Origin: Shigella phage ESh22
Reading direction: 5' to 3' (one strand)
Sequence record: ON528732
DNA: 64,000 nt
Shown here: positions 35,560 through 45,731 of the stretch, piece after piece
Layout: every line of letters begins with the position of its first letter
Numbering within the stretch: position 1 is the stretch's first letter
Position numbers and translations under genes: made by a program
The notes under the pieces: generated by a model
Seen by the model: the letters and a program-made list of their open reading frames with translations, nothing else
Told to the model about the DNA's origin: nothing
Databases searched by the model: none

Positions 35560-35880
35560 TTAAAGTTTAATACAGAACTTATTAAGTTCTTCTTCAGTAA
35601 CTGCGACAACTTTATCATCAACACGTAAGTTTGTCGCGTAAAAATTTGAGAAATGTGCTTTGTATTTTACTTTAAATACTCCAGCATCCTCAATACATTT
35701 CAATGCTTCCATACCAGTGGAGTCAAACAGACTTTTAGTATAGACTTTCCACTCTTCAAGGGTTTCTGGATTTACTTTGTAGCTACCAAATAGTGACATG
35801 TTACAGTACGACATAACAAACTCACCGCGTTTGAATCCACCGCTACTCTGCTCTCCATTGACAGTCACCTTGCCAGCCAT
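35560..35880 (-). CDS. hypothetical protein
   Basis: Track ORF 35560..35961; start moved to ATG at 35880 with GGAGAA RBS to reduce overlap with nrdG. Confidence 0.4.
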   Translation of the reverse strand: MAGKVTVNGEQSSGGFKRGEFVMSYCNMSLFGSYKVNPETLEEWKVYTKSLFDSTGMEALKCIEDAGVFKVKYKAHFSNFYATNLRVDDKVVAVTEEELNKFCIKL

Positions 35881-36328
35881 ATTCTTTTCTCCACAAGTTT
35901 TGGTTGTCTGAACCACGATACGGTTTATTCGTTGGTTTAGAAGCATCATACTTACCATCAATCACTACGTCAACATATTTCATCACCTCTTCATTGATTT
36001 TTTCATGAAGCTGAAAGCCTGTCCAAAGCCATATAGACTTTTCTGGGTAAACAGTTTTAATACGTTTACATATGTTGGTGACTTCTTGAATGTTTCTCTC
36101 ATCCAGAGGCTCTCCACCAAGTATTGACAGCCCACTAATAGCATTATCATTCATTAGCTGCATAATGCCATAAAGGTTTGCGTAAGTAAACTCTTTTCCT
36201 GCATTAAACTTCCAAGATTCCCTGTTAAAGCAACCCTCACAGTGGTGTCGGCATCCAGCTACAAAAAGACTGACACGAGCACCTTCACCGTTAGCTGTAT
36301 CAAATTTTCGTATTTCCATGTAATTCAT
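35843..36328 (-). CDS. nrdG: anaerobic ribonucleotide reductase activating protein (radical SAM)
   Basis: 161 aa; CxxxCxxC cluster motif GCRHHCEGC; adjacent to nrdD. Confidence 0.75.
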   Translation of the reverse strand: MNYMEIRKFDTANGEGARVSLFVAGCRHHCEGCFNRESWKFNAGKEFTYANLYGIMQLMNDNAISGLSILGGEPLDERNIQEVTNICKRIKTVYPEKSIWLWTGFQLHEKINEEVMKYVDVVIDGKYDASKPTNKPYRGSDNQNLWRKEYGWQGDCQWRAE

Positions 36329-36735
36329 TAAATCACCTCAAAATCTACCTTCTCATATTTAACAACATACTCTTCACAGTGTTCTTTGATGAAGTCTGTT
36401 AGCAATTCATCTTCCTGTGCTCTTGTTATTAAAGCTACGTATTTGGGATTCATGATTTGCTGGTGGCTGTGAATCTCGAAGCAACCTACATCTGTACCAT
36501 CGTCATCAGACCAAGTACCGTGAAGGACTACAACTAACCCGTCAAGTTCTTGAGGAAGTTGTAGATTGGAATCAATAGCATCTGCAAAGACCTCTGAAGT
36601 AATCAAGCACTCTGCTGAGATGTAGAAAGTGCTTCCACGACGATGTTCTTTAGAAGAACTCCCAAACTCAAGAGCATACTCTACTAAGAACTCTTTCATA
36701 TCTTTAGTTAGTTTTATCATTTTTATTTCCTGCAA
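36328..36735 (-). CDS. hypothetical protein
   Basis: 135 aa ORF between nrdD and nrdG. Confidence 0.45.
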   Translation of the reverse strand: MQEIKMIKLTKDMKEFLVEYALEFGSSSKEHRRGSTFYISAECLITSEVFADAIDSNLQLPQELDGLVVVLHGTWSDDDGTDVGCFEIHSHQQIMNPKYVALITRAQEDELLTDFIKEHCEEYVVKYEKVDFEVI

Positions 36736-36814
36736 AGTGTGTGTAAAGTAATCCTAAACAGAATCCTAGTGTAGTCGAACCTATTAGTGTTATCAATAAA
36801 AATTCTTTTATCAT

Positions 36815-37072
36815 TTAGTACCACCATATTGACTGATTGTTATCACAAGTATACAAGTACTCTGTACCAGTTTGTGGGACTAGGATTGTTGTATTCCCTG
36901 CCTGAACTGACACATAATAAGTGTACTCTCTACTCTGTGAAGTTTGTTGACAGTGGTTTGCCTCCATCCAGATAGAAGTGTGATAAGCATAGTATGCAGC
37001 ATAACCTATCATAGCTACTAAGAGAATGCCAATAACCCACATCCAAAAGTTATGCCAGAAGTCATAACTCAT
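36815..37072 (-). CDS. hypothetical membrane protein
   Basis: 85 aa; hydrophobic N-terminal segment. Confidence 0.4.
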   Translation of the reverse strand: MSYDFWHNFWMWVIGILLVAMIGYAAYYAYHTSIWMEANHCQQTSQSREYTYYVSVQAGNTTILVPQTGTEYLYTCDNNQSIWWY

Positions 37073-37251
37073 GGTGTTACCTCTTGATAGACTTTCCAGA
37101 ACTCACCTGTTAACTTCTCATCGTACCAAGTGCCATTTGAAGTCTGCCAAGAGACTACATAGCCATTGTCAAGAATGTATTTCAGTTTTGCTTCAAGAGT
37201 TGTGCCACCAACTTTACCAACAAACAGGTAGACTTTCCCAACTTCCAACAT
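37069..37251 (-). CDS. hypothetical protein
   Basis: 60 aa ORF. Confidence 0.35.
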   Translation of the reverse strand: MLEVGKVYLFVGKVGGTTLEAKLKYILDNGYVVSWQTSNGTWYDEKLTGEFWKVYQEVTP

Positions 37252-37265
37252 TTTATTCTCTCCAA

Positions 37266-37304
37266 TAAAAAAGGTAGTGCAAGCCTATCAAGACCTACAC
37301 TACC
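37266..37304 (-). terminator. rho-independent terminator after nrdD
   Basis: Minus-strand hairpin GGTAGTG...CACTACC followed by TTTTTT. Confidence 0.55.
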
Positions 37305-37315
37305 TTGTCAATTAC

Positions 37316-39460
37316 TTACATAGATTTTCTGTCTTTAATCTCTGCAATTTTTGCATCGTTCATTCTTGAGGTTCCCTTGATTTTAGTCCAACCAAGATAC
37401 CCACAAACACGGTTAATAACAGAGATATCATGTGAGTGACACTTAGGACATTCTTCAACATCTGCACTTGGACGGTGACCACAATTTTCACAGATTGCTA
37501 AGTCAAAGTTAACACCTTGATAGAAGCCCTTACCCATACCCCTTGTAACACATGCTTCAATAGCTTTATGATTCTCTGGGTTAGCAATACGAACATATTG
37601 AATATGCCCTCCATTGCAGGAATGGAAGAAAGGTTCTTCTAAGTCTTGCTTCTCAAATGGTGTAATATCTGCTGCTACGTTCATGTGGAAGCTGTTTGTA
37701 AAGTACTCTTTATCGGAGACACCTTTAATAACTCCAAACATGTGACGAAACTGCTTCAATTGCGTACCACAAAGGCTCTCAGCAGGTGTACCATAAAGGG
37801 CATATAAGAATCCATCTTCTTGCTTAAACTGCTCCAGCTTGGTGTTTAGGTGCTCCATAACTTGATGTGCAATACCTTCTGAAGATGACTCATGAAGTCT
37901 ACCTTCTCCAGCCAAAACAGAAAGCTCATCTAGTGCGGTAACACCAAAAGAAGCTGTGAAGGATTTCACAGTATCCCAACCAATCTTGTCAGTTGGTTTC
38001 TTATGACCTTTGTACAGTCCACCTTGAGTAAACGCCAGAGGGTTAGAACTTGCTGGCATGTTAGCAATCATTTCATAACGCTTCTGGTGGAATGCTCGAA
38101 TCATTTCAAGGTACTTGTCAATCTCTTCAAAGAAATCAAGTTGATTCTCCTTAGCATACTGATAAATCATTGGCAAGTTCAGTGAGACAGCACCAATGTT
38201 AGCACGTCCTACATAGAACTCTCCACCATCTTCATCAAGGTATGGTGACAGATAAGCCCTGCAACCCATCGGTGAAATCACTTTACCCGAGCGTTTAAAA
38301 GCATCTGCTGCAGCACCATGACCAGATACACTCAGGAAGTCTGGGTACATTGCTTTAGAGCAACACTCAATAGCTTTTCCATAAAGTTGACCTTGCCAGA
38401 TATCCAGAGAGTGTCTTTTCTCATCATAGATATATACCAGTTTAGGGAATACTACTGGTTTCTTGGCTTTACCTTGACCATTCATACGAACATCCAAGAT
38501 AGTCTTAGCAATCATATATTGTAGACGGTTATCATGATTTGATATATCTGGTTCAAGTAATCCAAATGTTAAAGTTGTAAAAGCAAAGTCACCACGACTG
38601 CAAGGGACAGTGTTAAGTTTCATCTCAAGGGATTGAAAGCCCTGAGTTAACTCAATTTGTAACTGGTTCTTGACATAGTGGTAAATCTTGTCTTGAGGGA
38701 TTCCATAAGCAATAGCCATTTCCTCATGATACTTCTGAGACTTCTTAGCATATGGTACTAAAATCTTATCAATCTCTGGGATAGTGAATCCACCAAATTG
38801 CTGTGCAGTTGCTGATAGAACAACGTCACCGATAACCTGTAAAGCTGACAGAACAGACTTTGGTTCACAGTATTCAATACCAGACATTTCAAAGCCACCT
38901 TCCAAGACTTTGCCAATATCAAATAAGCAACAGTTGATTCCACCAAATACCAAGTCTCTTAGGTCGTGAATGTAGATAAATCCATCTTCAATAGCTCTTA
39001 TTTCTTCTGGTGTTAAGTGATACTGTTTAAAGATTTCTTTTGTCAGGTATCCACGAATAATAGAACCCTTTGTAGAGATTAAGCTACTGTCAAAGTTAGC
39101 ATTCTCACGGTCACCTAAGAAGAGAGTGTCTTTAGTCTTCTGATACAGATAATCCCAATTCTGTGCCACCTCTTTACGGTAGTTACGATACGTTGAGTAT
39201 GACTCATAAATCTCATGGTTAGTGACAGCCAGAGCACCTTCTACAATACTGTGAATGTCATCTACAGAGATTAGTAAAGCATTCTGATTAGATGCCTTTG
39301 CAAGAATCCTCTTGAAAGCTGCTTCTAAAGCATGGATAACTTCTAGTGGAAGTTCTTTGTAGCCAACACGATTAGCTGATTTCTCAACGGCTGTCAAGAT
39401 TTTGTTAATATCTGGTTTTTCCAGTGAGCCGTTCTTTTTGATAATTTGTACTTTAACCAT
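37316..39460 (-). CDS. nrdD: anaerobic ribonucleoside-triphosphate reductase
   Basis: 714 aa; N-terminal ATP-cone, C-terminal Cys cluster and glycyl-radical motif RVCGYLG. Confidence 0.85.
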   Translation of the reverse strand: MVKVQIIKKNGSLEKPDINKILTAVEKSANRVGYKELPLEVIHALEAAFKRILAKASNQNALLISVDDIHSIVEGALAVTNHEIYESYSTYRNYRKEVAQNWDYLYQKTKDTLFLGDRENANFDSSLISTKGSIIRGYLTKEIFKQYHLTPEEIRAIEDGFIYIHDLRDLVFGGINCCLFDIGKVLEGGFEMSGIEYCEPKSVLSALQVIGDVVLSATAQQFGGFTIPEIDKILVPYAKKSQKYHEEMAIAYGIPQDKIYHYVKNQLQIELTQGFQSLEMKLNTVPCSRGDFAFTTLTFGLLEPDISNHDNRLQYMIAKTILDVRMNGQGKAKKPVVFPKLVYIYDEKRHSLDIWQGQLYGKAIECCSKAMYPDFLSVSGHGAAADAFKRSGKVISPMGCRAYLSPYLDEDGGEFYVGRANIGAVSLNLPMIYQYAKENQLDFFEEIDKYLEMIRAFHQKRYEMIANMPASSNPLAFTQGGLYKGHKKPTDKIGWDTVKSFTASFGVTALDELSVLAGEGRLHESSSEGIAHQVMEHLNTKLEQFKQEDGFLYALYGTPAESLCGTQLKQFRHMFGVIKGVSDKEYFTNSFHMNVAADITPFEKQDLEEPFFHSCNGGHIQYVRIANPENHKAIEACVTRGMGKGFYQGVNFDLAICENCGHRPSADVEECPKCHSHDISVINRVCGYLGWTKIKGTSRMNDAKIAEIKDRKSM

Positions 39461-39473
39461 TCTAACTCCTGAT

Positions 39474-39498
39474 ATGAAAAAGGTCTCCGAAGAGACCC
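39474..39498 (-). promoter_or_regulatory. conserved hairpin GGTCTCTTCGGAGACC upstream of nrdD (terminator or attenuator)
   Basis: Same stem-loop as at 43598-43622 upstream of nrdA, each about 15-20 nt before the start codon. Confidence 0.5.
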
Positions 39499-39503
39499 TT
39501 ATT

Positions 39504-39710
39504 TTAATTTTTGTTTAAGAGATTATCAAGGAAGTTTTTAACCTTGGTACTCCATCCAAACTGAATGTCTAGAATTTCAATGATTAGCCATACTAGCATA
39601 AACCCGAACATTAAACCTTGTTTAAAGTCAATGAACATGTTCAGCAAGAAAATTACCCAGAGAAGCATAGGAGCATCTTCTTTGAAGCCTTTAAAGATTT
39701 TATCCAGCAT
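39504..39710 (-). CDS. small membrane protein
   Basis: 68 aa; two hydrophobic segments. Confidence 0.4.
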   Translation of the reverse strand: MLDKIFKGFKEDAPMLLWVIFLLNMFIDFKQGLMFGFMLVWLIIEILDIQFGWSTKVKNFLDNLLNKN

Positions 39711-39945
39711 TATTCACCTCTGCCATGAAGTTTTGTAAAGTACCTACAGGAGTTAAAACTGTATCTTCCGTTTTCATGATGAACGGCATTTGACGAACTG
39801 GCATTTTTGCAATGCCCATCAAATCTTGGAGTTCATAGTCTTTGCCAAGCATTCTTACAATGTGGTCAATCCCACGAGCTTGAGCAAAATTCTTTGCGGT
39901 TACACACTGAGGGCAACCGTCTTTTGAATAAATTACATAAGTCAT
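39700..39945 (-). CDS. glutaredoxin-like protein
   Basis: 81 aa; CPQC active-site motif near N-terminus; located between nrdB and nrdD. Confidence 0.65.
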   Translation of the reverse strand: MTYVIYSKDGCPQCVTAKNFAQARGIDHIVRMLGKDYELQDLMGIAKMPVRQMPFIMKTEDTVLTPVGTLQNFMAEVNNAG

Positions 39946-41018
39946 TAAGGAACCTCTAAAAATCCTGAAGATAAATCATCTACAACTGTGTTAAGCAAGT
40001 AAGCACCATTTTGCTGTTCTTGGTTAGCATTTTGCTCTTTGTCGATTTCCATCTTCTTAATCATGTAAGCAAGTGGAGCTTCTTTAGGAGCTACGAAATC
40101 TCTTGGGATTCCAAACATATCATACAGCGGTGCAGCATTATAGTAAACCCATTCGTGAAGAAGTTTTGTGTTTAAACCTACAACTGCTCGACCTTCAGAG
40201 AAGATATAGTAAGACCACTTCTCTTCACATTCAACAACTTCGTCCAGAATAACTTTAATCTCTGGCATAATCTGTCTGAATGCTTCCTGCCAGTTCTCAT
40301 CCTTCAGAGTTTCTTTCAACACTTCGATATCAATTTTGGTGTGAATAATTTCATCAAGCATAATCTTTTGAACAGCTTGTGCAATACCTTGGAACTTATC
40401 TTGTGCATCCAGTGCAAAAGTACATGCAAAAGATGCCATGAAGGAAATGCCTTCCAAAGCAGTCACTGCAAAGAGAGCCTTTAAGATTGCCTTATGGAAA
40501 TGTAAAGGGTCTTTATCTGTCAGTTCCTGACGAACGTAACTTAAACGATAGTTGATACCTTCGTCAAGTAGTTCTTGTAAAGTTCTGTTCACTGTCTTCA
40601 GACGGTCTTGAACAGCAACGTTATTGTTAATCTCATCAAGGATTGTTTCAGGATTCTTGATACACTGACGAACAATCTCAGAATAAGTTAAAGCATGAAG
40701 GTTCTCAATTTCAGATTGCTTCATGATTGCAGTTGCATAAATGTCATCAGAGATAAACGGTGCAAAAGCGAATGCTAAACTCTTGGCAACTTGGGTATCT
40801 GCTTCCCATTGCCATTTAAGAATTTCAAGCATAACCCCAGACATTGACTGAGGGACACTCTCAAAGTCTAAGCGTGATTGCTCAAATGGAAATTCCTCTT
40901 CAGACCAGTCTTGAGCTTTCTGCTGCTTATACAGTTCAAAGATTTTTGGATAGTATTTATTAAGTGAATCAAAAGTCTTACGTTCTTCACCTAAGAAGAT
41001 TGGATGTGAATTAATCAT
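39945..41018 (-). CDS. nrdB: ribonucleotide reductase small (beta) subunit
   Basis: 357 aa; R2-like helical fold with conserved Glu/His-containing helices; adjacent to nrdA. Confidence 0.75.
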   Translation of the reverse strand: MINSHPIFLGEERKTFDSLNKYYPKIFELYKQQKAQDWSEEEFPFEQSRLDFESVPQSMSGVMLEILKWQWEADTQVAKSLAFAFAPFISDDIYATAIMKQSEIENLHALTYSEIVRQCIKNPETILDEINNNVAVQDRLKTVNRTLQELLDEGINYRLSYVRQELTDKDPLHFHKAILKALFAVTALEGISFMASFACTFALDAQDKFQGIAQAVQKIMLDEIIHTKIDIEVLKETLKDENWQEAFRQIMPEIKVILDEVVECEEKWSYYIFSEGRAVVGLNTKLLHEWVYYNAAPLYDMFGIPRDFVAPKEAPLAYMIKKMEIDKEQNANQEQQNGAYLLNTVVDDLSSGFLEVP

Positions 41019-41290
41019 TCTGGTAATTTTCCTGTTCTGAACATATCTCTCGCAGCTTGTCTTGTAAGGACTAGCCAGTTTTCCATATTAAATAACTCAG
41101 GTGCTCTAACATATTCTTTGCCGCCATTAAAGCAGTCAATATATCTCACACATTTCTTCCAAGAATCATCATCCTGCTTTACCATTACCTCTGTACTGGC
41201 AACATAGTAAAGTGTATTTCTTGGCTTATACATCAGATAAACAGATTTGCCTTCTGCTTTATTTCTTGCGGATTCTATTAAGTCTATCAT
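41015..41290 (-). CDS. hypothetical protein
   Basis: Track ORF 41015..41401; start moved to ATG at 41290 with GGAGAG RBS. Confidence 0.4.
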   Translation of the reverse strand: MIDLIESARNKAEGKSVYLMYKPRNTLYYVASTEVMVKQDDDSWKKCVRYIDCFNGGKEYVRAPELFNMENWLVLTRQAARDMFRTGKLPE

Positions 41291-41345
41291 AGACTCTCCA
41301 AAGTTAATTTTAGAGGGTCTTTTACGACCCTCATAGTTATTGAAA

Positions 41346-43580
41346 CTAAACACCACAACCTTCACAGTAAGTATCTTGTAGTGCTGACTTACCAACACCA
41401 ATACGACTGTTAAGGTAATACATGGTTTTCATACCAACTGAGTTAGCATAAATCATGTACTTCAGAGCTTGCTCTAATGATACCTTCTTAGACTTCGAGT
41501 AGTCAACATAGAAATCTGAAGAGATAGCTTGACCAGTGAATTTTTGAACAATTGCATAGCAATCAATCATATCAAATGTGTCAATATCCCAAGCAATTTC
41601 ATAGACATACTTCAACTCTTCGTAGTCTGGTACGATAAACAGTACGTTACCAGTTGCAGACTTTTTAGTTAAAATAAAGTCACGGATTGGGTACAAGCCA
41701 TTTGTCGTATTAGTTGCTAGTGAAGAACTCTCGTTAGGCATGTAAGCTTCTAATACAGAGTTTCGGATTCCACCATTTTCTTTGATACGTTGTGCTAAGT
41801 CATCCCAATCATATCTTAGTTTTGCATCATGTTTTTCATCAATCTTCTTGTTAGCTGTCTTAGTTGGAACCCAACCATCAGGGTACTTAGTAAACTTCAT
41901 GTACTCAGGTACACCACGCTCTTTAGACAGTCTCAGTGAAGCCTCATGCAGATAGAATGAGTGCATCTCTGCAAGTTCATGTAGCTTCGTTTTACCAGCC
42001 CTTGAAGAGTAGTTCACGTAGTTCTTTGCAAGGTAATGAGCCACATTTGTAAGGCCAATCCCAACAGAGCGACGTTTCTGTACATGGTTACACATCGACG
42101 GATACGGGTAATCCATAAGGTCAATAACGGAGTCAACCATTGCAAGAGCATAATAAGCAACGTCAGCGTATTCATCTTCTGAAATTCTCCCTGCAACCAA
42201 ACTAGCTAGGAAGCAAAGAGCTACTTCACCATCTTCTTTAGCAGCATTGTAGCTGTAAAGGTCTGTCTCTTTCTCAAATCCATAAACTGGCAATATAATT
42301 TCCATGCACAGGTTAGACATTTTCAAAGGTTCTTTGAACGGCGTATGTGTGTTTGCGTTGTTCGTAAAGAACGGATAAACACGACCAGTTGCATAACGTT
42401 GCTGGATAAACAACTTAGCAATCTCACGAGCTTTTACTCGTTTATGTTTAACACCAGTGTGAACCGCATGTCCAACAGCCATTGCAAACTCATCTGCACT
42501 TGCTGTATAGAACATATCATACAATTTTGGAGCGTCCTTGTAAGAGAACAGTAGCCAATCTGTATCGTACTGCACACATTGCCAGAAGTAATCGTTTGTT
42601 CCAAATGAGTAATCCATCTCATTAATACGCTTTGAAGTAACCGTTGTAGGGTGCTTCAGACGAAGTAAATCTTCAATCTGAGGGTCAAGAGCAGTGTAGA
42701 AGTTGTTCGCTGAACCACCTCGACTCTTTTGTTTATTAGCCTCTACAGCAGCACGTACAAGCTTATAATAAGGGAGTTTCCCCATATGCTCAATGGTATT
42801 CTGACGAATCCCGTCACCAATCGTTCTGGTCTCCATAAGCATACCAATACCAGCTTGCTTTGTAGTCATATCATAAGCTACCTTTGTAGCAATACCAAGT
42901 GATTCAGCGGTATCGTTAGCTTTAATCAAGCAGCATGAAGCATAACCTGACTTAGTAGCTCTCAAACCATTCAGGTAAGGAGTTGGAGCATTAATTTTCA
43001 AGTCTGACAGATAAGTATACAGCTTGATAACATCCTCTAAGCGACGGTGCTTAGGCTGTCTCTCAAAGGCTTTCATAGCCATTCCCATAAACATAAACTG
43101 AGGTGACTCAAAGAGTTGTCCAGTTTTAATGTCACGGATTCCGTACTTGTCACGGAACTGTTTCAGTACTGCATAACCATATGAGATATCTTTTGAGTGA
43201 ACGATGAAGCCTTGAAGGTATTCTAACTCTTCTCGTGAGTAATCCATCTTCTCCCATAAACCTGACTCTTCCATATTCTTAACAAATACGTAAAGATTTG
43301 GAACTTTAGTGAATCCACCAAAAGCTTCTTTATAGATAATACCTAACAGAAGTCGTCCAGCCATGTCAGAGTATTCTTGACTTTGCTTATCAATACAAAC
43401 GTCAATCATAGCTTGGTGCATCTCTTTAGTGGTGCAACCTTCATAGACACGTTTCATAGCTTCCATTGTAACTTCTGACCAGATAATACCTCGTTTGTCA
43501 GCCCATGAAGCCCACTTATTCAAACGTTCAGGCTCGAATGTTACAACGTTTCCGTTAGATTTGCGAATAGTTTTAATCAT
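41346..43580 (-). CDS. nrdA: ribonucleotide reductase large (alpha) subunit, class Ia
   Basis: 744 aa; N-terminal ATP-cone (VVTFEPERLNKW), C-terminal Cys pair CEGCGV. Confidence 0.85.
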   Translation of the reverse strand: MIKTIRKSNGNVVTFEPERLNKWASWADKRGIIWSEVTMEAMKRVYEGCTTKEMHQAMIDVCIDKQSQEYSDMAGRLLLGIIYKEAFGGFTKVPNLYVFVKNMEESGLWEKMDYSREELEYLQGFIVHSKDISYGYAVLKQFRDKYGIRDIKTGQLFESPQFMFMGMAMKAFERQPKHRRLEDVIKLYTYLSDLKINAPTPYLNGLRATKSGYASCCLIKANDTAESLGIATKVAYDMTTKQAGIGMLMETRTIGDGIRQNTIEHMGKLPYYKLVRAAVEANKQKSRGGSANNFYTALDPQIEDLLRLKHPTTVTSKRINEMDYSFGTNDYFWQCVQYDTDWLLFSYKDAPKLYDMFYTASADEFAMAVGHAVHTGVKHKRVKAREIAKLFIQQRYATGRVYPFFTNNANTHTPFKEPLKMSNLCMEIILPVYGFEKETDLYSYNAAKEDGEVALCFLASLVAGRISEDEYADVAYYALAMVDSVIDLMDYPYPSMCNHVQKRRSVGIGLTNVAHYLAKNYVNYSSRAGKTKLHELAEMHSFYLHEASLRLSKERGVPEYMKFTKYPDGWVPTKTANKKIDEKHDAKLRYDWDDLAQRIKENGGIRNSVLEAYMPNESSSLATNTTNGLYPIRDFILTKKSATGNVLFIVPDYEELKYVYEIAWDIDTFDMIDCYAIVQKFTGQAISSDFYVDYSKSKKVSLEQALKYMIYANSVGMKTMYYLNSRIGVGKSALQDTYCEGCGV

Positions 43581-43597
43581 TATTTGAATCCTACAGG

Positions 43598-43622
43598 TGA
43601 AAAGGGTCTCCGAAGAGACCCC
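43598..43622 (-). promoter_or_regulatory. conserved hairpin GGGTCTCTTCGGAGACCC upstream of nrdA
   Basis: Identical stem-loop to 39474-39498. Confidence 0.5.
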
Positions 43623-43629
43623 TTAGAGA

Positions 43630-43965
43630 TTAAATGCTAAAAATCTTTTGATTATCCCAGAGTTCGTAGAATCTTTGAGATACTTTGGTAATTGAGCCTT
43701 TAGACATTGCATTGCAATACCAGCTACCATATTGGTCACTGAAGATTCTTTCAAGTTTTTCATGGATATTGTCATCAATCCTTGCAATTGAAAAGTTACC
43801 ACGAACTTTAGAAACAACACGACCAAACTTAATATCACTACGACCTTTGCAATCTTCTGTATACATTACAAAGTCACCGAAGTGGAGTGGTTCTCCATAT
43901 TTGTCAACACCTAGTTCTACACCAGATTTAACATCTTCAATAGTCAACTTTTTAGCTTTAGACAT
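43630..43965 (-). CDS. hypothetical protein
   Basis: 111 aa ORF. Confidence 0.45.
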   Translation of the reverse strand: MSKAKKLTIEDVKSGVELGVDKYGEPLHFGDFVMYTEDCKGRSDIKFGRVVSKVRGNFSIARIDDNIHEKLERIFSDQYGSWYCNAMSKGSITKVSQRFYELWDNQKIFSI

Positions 43966-44281
43966 GGTATCTATCCAGATTTCGTTTTAAATAAGTCCAC
44001 TGCTCATCTGTGCGTTCTACACCAATAAACAGAGGAGCTACAACTACTTGACCATAAGTATTTCTGTGCTGACAAATCTCATAAGAGAACTTTTTATCAA
44101 TGTTAAAGCCATATTTGTACAGGACAGCTTTAAGAACTTGTTCGTTATCCAGAAGTGTATCTGGAGTTTCACCATATTTCGCTAACAGTGAATCATTCAT
44201 GAATACTGTCATAGAAATATTATAGTTTGAGAAATGGCTCTCCTGAGCCACCTCTGCTTTATTAGTGTTCTGTGAATCCAT
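43958..44281 (-). CDS. hypothetical protein
   Basis: 107 aa ORF. Confidence 0.45.
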   Translation of the reverse strand: MDSQNTNKAEVAQESHFSNYNISMTVFMNDSLLAKYGETPDTLLDNEQVLKAVLYKYGFNIDKKFSYEICQHRNTYGQVVVAPLFIGVERTDEQWTYLKRNLDRYHV

Positions 44282-45017
44282 TATAACCTACCCCTTTTAA
44301 CCAATTCTTCAGGTTATTTGCATCATAGTTCAACTTCGGGTATGAGGTCGTATGGAACTTCTCACCATCGTAGTAAACGATATCTGCAACCCACAAGTCA
44401 TTATCTCTACAGAAATCTCTATCAGCTTTAGAACTGATTGGAGTAATTTCTGTGAAGTTATCTACACCAAGGCTTCTCAGACTTCCTAGTAAGCCCTGAC
44501 AGATAACACATGTGTCAGATACTACCACGAATAACTCTTTAGATTCAACCTCTGCGATAAACTCTGCAAGCTGAACTTTTGGGAGATTAGACTGCTTCAT
44601 AATCTTACCATCTGATTTACGTACTACTGCAAACCACTCTTTACCTTCAACCATTGACGGGCGTAGATAGCATTCATCACCAGTACGTTTCTCAATGTCA
44701 AACATACGTTGTACAGCTTCTTGATAGTTATCTGTATATTTCAGGTTGTTATTCTGGCAAACAGCTTCCATAGCACCATCGTGGTCATGCTGTGACAAGA
44801 ATACCAAACCATCTAAAACATACTGCAAATCAGCCTGAGCATCAAGGGTTTCAACAGGGTCTTTTGCTTCAACTGCTGACACTAACTCTTTAGCTTCTTC
44901 CAACATACAAAGAGATTGACTCTTCAGTGATTCCCAATATTCAGGGCTGTATAGAACCTTTGGAGTATTACCACAACGAAGATTCCAATTTACTACGGAT
45001 TCTCTGGAATTAAACAT
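44262..45017 (-). CDS. hypothetical protein with CxxC motif
   Basis: 251 aa; CVICQG in C-terminal half. Confidence 0.45.
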   Translation of the reverse strand: MFNSRESVVNWNLRCGNTPKVLYSPEYWESLKSQSLCMLEEAKELVSAVEAKDPVETLDAQADLQYVLDGLVFLSQHDHDGAMEAVCQNNNLKYTDNYQEAVQRMFDIEKRTGDECYLRPSMVEGKEWFAVVRKSDGKIMKQSNLPKVQLAEFIAEVESKELFVVVSDTCVICQGLLGSLRSLGVDNFTEITPISSKADRDFCRDNDLWVADIVYYDGEKFHTTSYPKLNYDANNLKNWLKGVGYNGFTEH

Positions 45018-45226
45018 TAAACCTCCTGAAACAATTCCTGTTTAGACAAAATATAATCCAGACGGGCTTTCAGTTCAACACGTTTGTTAATCAGGTGCTG
45101 AATTTGAGACTCCAGAGCATCCATCTCTGTTTCAGTGGCTTCTTTAGCCTTTGCAATAACCGTCTTCAGATTATCCAAGCCAGCTTCGATTTTAGCTTGA
45201 TGGTCGTGCTTGATAGATTTAAACAT
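45017..45226 (-). CDS. hypothetical coiled-coil protein
   Basis: 69 aa ORF. Confidence 0.4.
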   Translation of the reverse strand: MFKSIKHDHQAKIEAGLDNLKTVIAKAKEATETEMDALESQIQHLINKRVELKARLDYILSKQELFQEV

Positions 45227-45731
45227 GATTTTCTCTCTCGTTAAGCTTCATGATTTTGTTAATACGTTTCTCAGCTTCTTCATAAGTTTCTTTTGTAAGG
45301 AACTTGATAGCTGCAATATTGGCATTGTAGAAGAGTCTGAGTTTCGAGTCAATCCTTTTTGTCATAACATCGAACTTATGTTGGAGATTTGCTTCTCCGT
45401 AGACTAATCCACCTCGTGTATAATAGGTTTGCACAATGTAGAAGTCAAACTCTTTCATACCAAAAGCTTCAATATCTTTCTTAATGTACTCAGAAGAAGT
45501 CTGGTAAACCATCCAGTCACTCTCTTTGGTGACAACCTTACGTCTGGTCTTTCCAGCAACCTTCTTCTTAGTGATACTATTGAACTGTTTTTTACCCAAA
45601 TAGTACTGACCAGTCTTTTTGCAGTAGACTAGATAAACGAAGCCAAAGTACTTTGCAGGGTCAATTTCACCACATAATGATACCCAATGTCCGTAAGTAG
45701 GGCAATTACCAAAACCTTTAATCTTTATCAT
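45219..45731 (-). CDS. GIY-YIG-like homing endonuclease (tentative)
   Basis: 170 aa; FVYLVY...GQYYLGKK resembles GIY-YIG motif. Confidence 0.35.
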   Translation of the reverse strand: MIKIKGFGNCPTYGHWVSLCGEIDPAKYFGFVYLVYCKKTGQYYLGKKQFNSITKKKVAGKTRRKVVTKESDWMVYQTSSEYIKKDIEAFGMKEFDFYIVQTYYTRGGLVYGEANLQHKFDVMTKRIDSKLRLFYNANIAAIKFLTKETYEEAEKRINKIMKLNERENHV

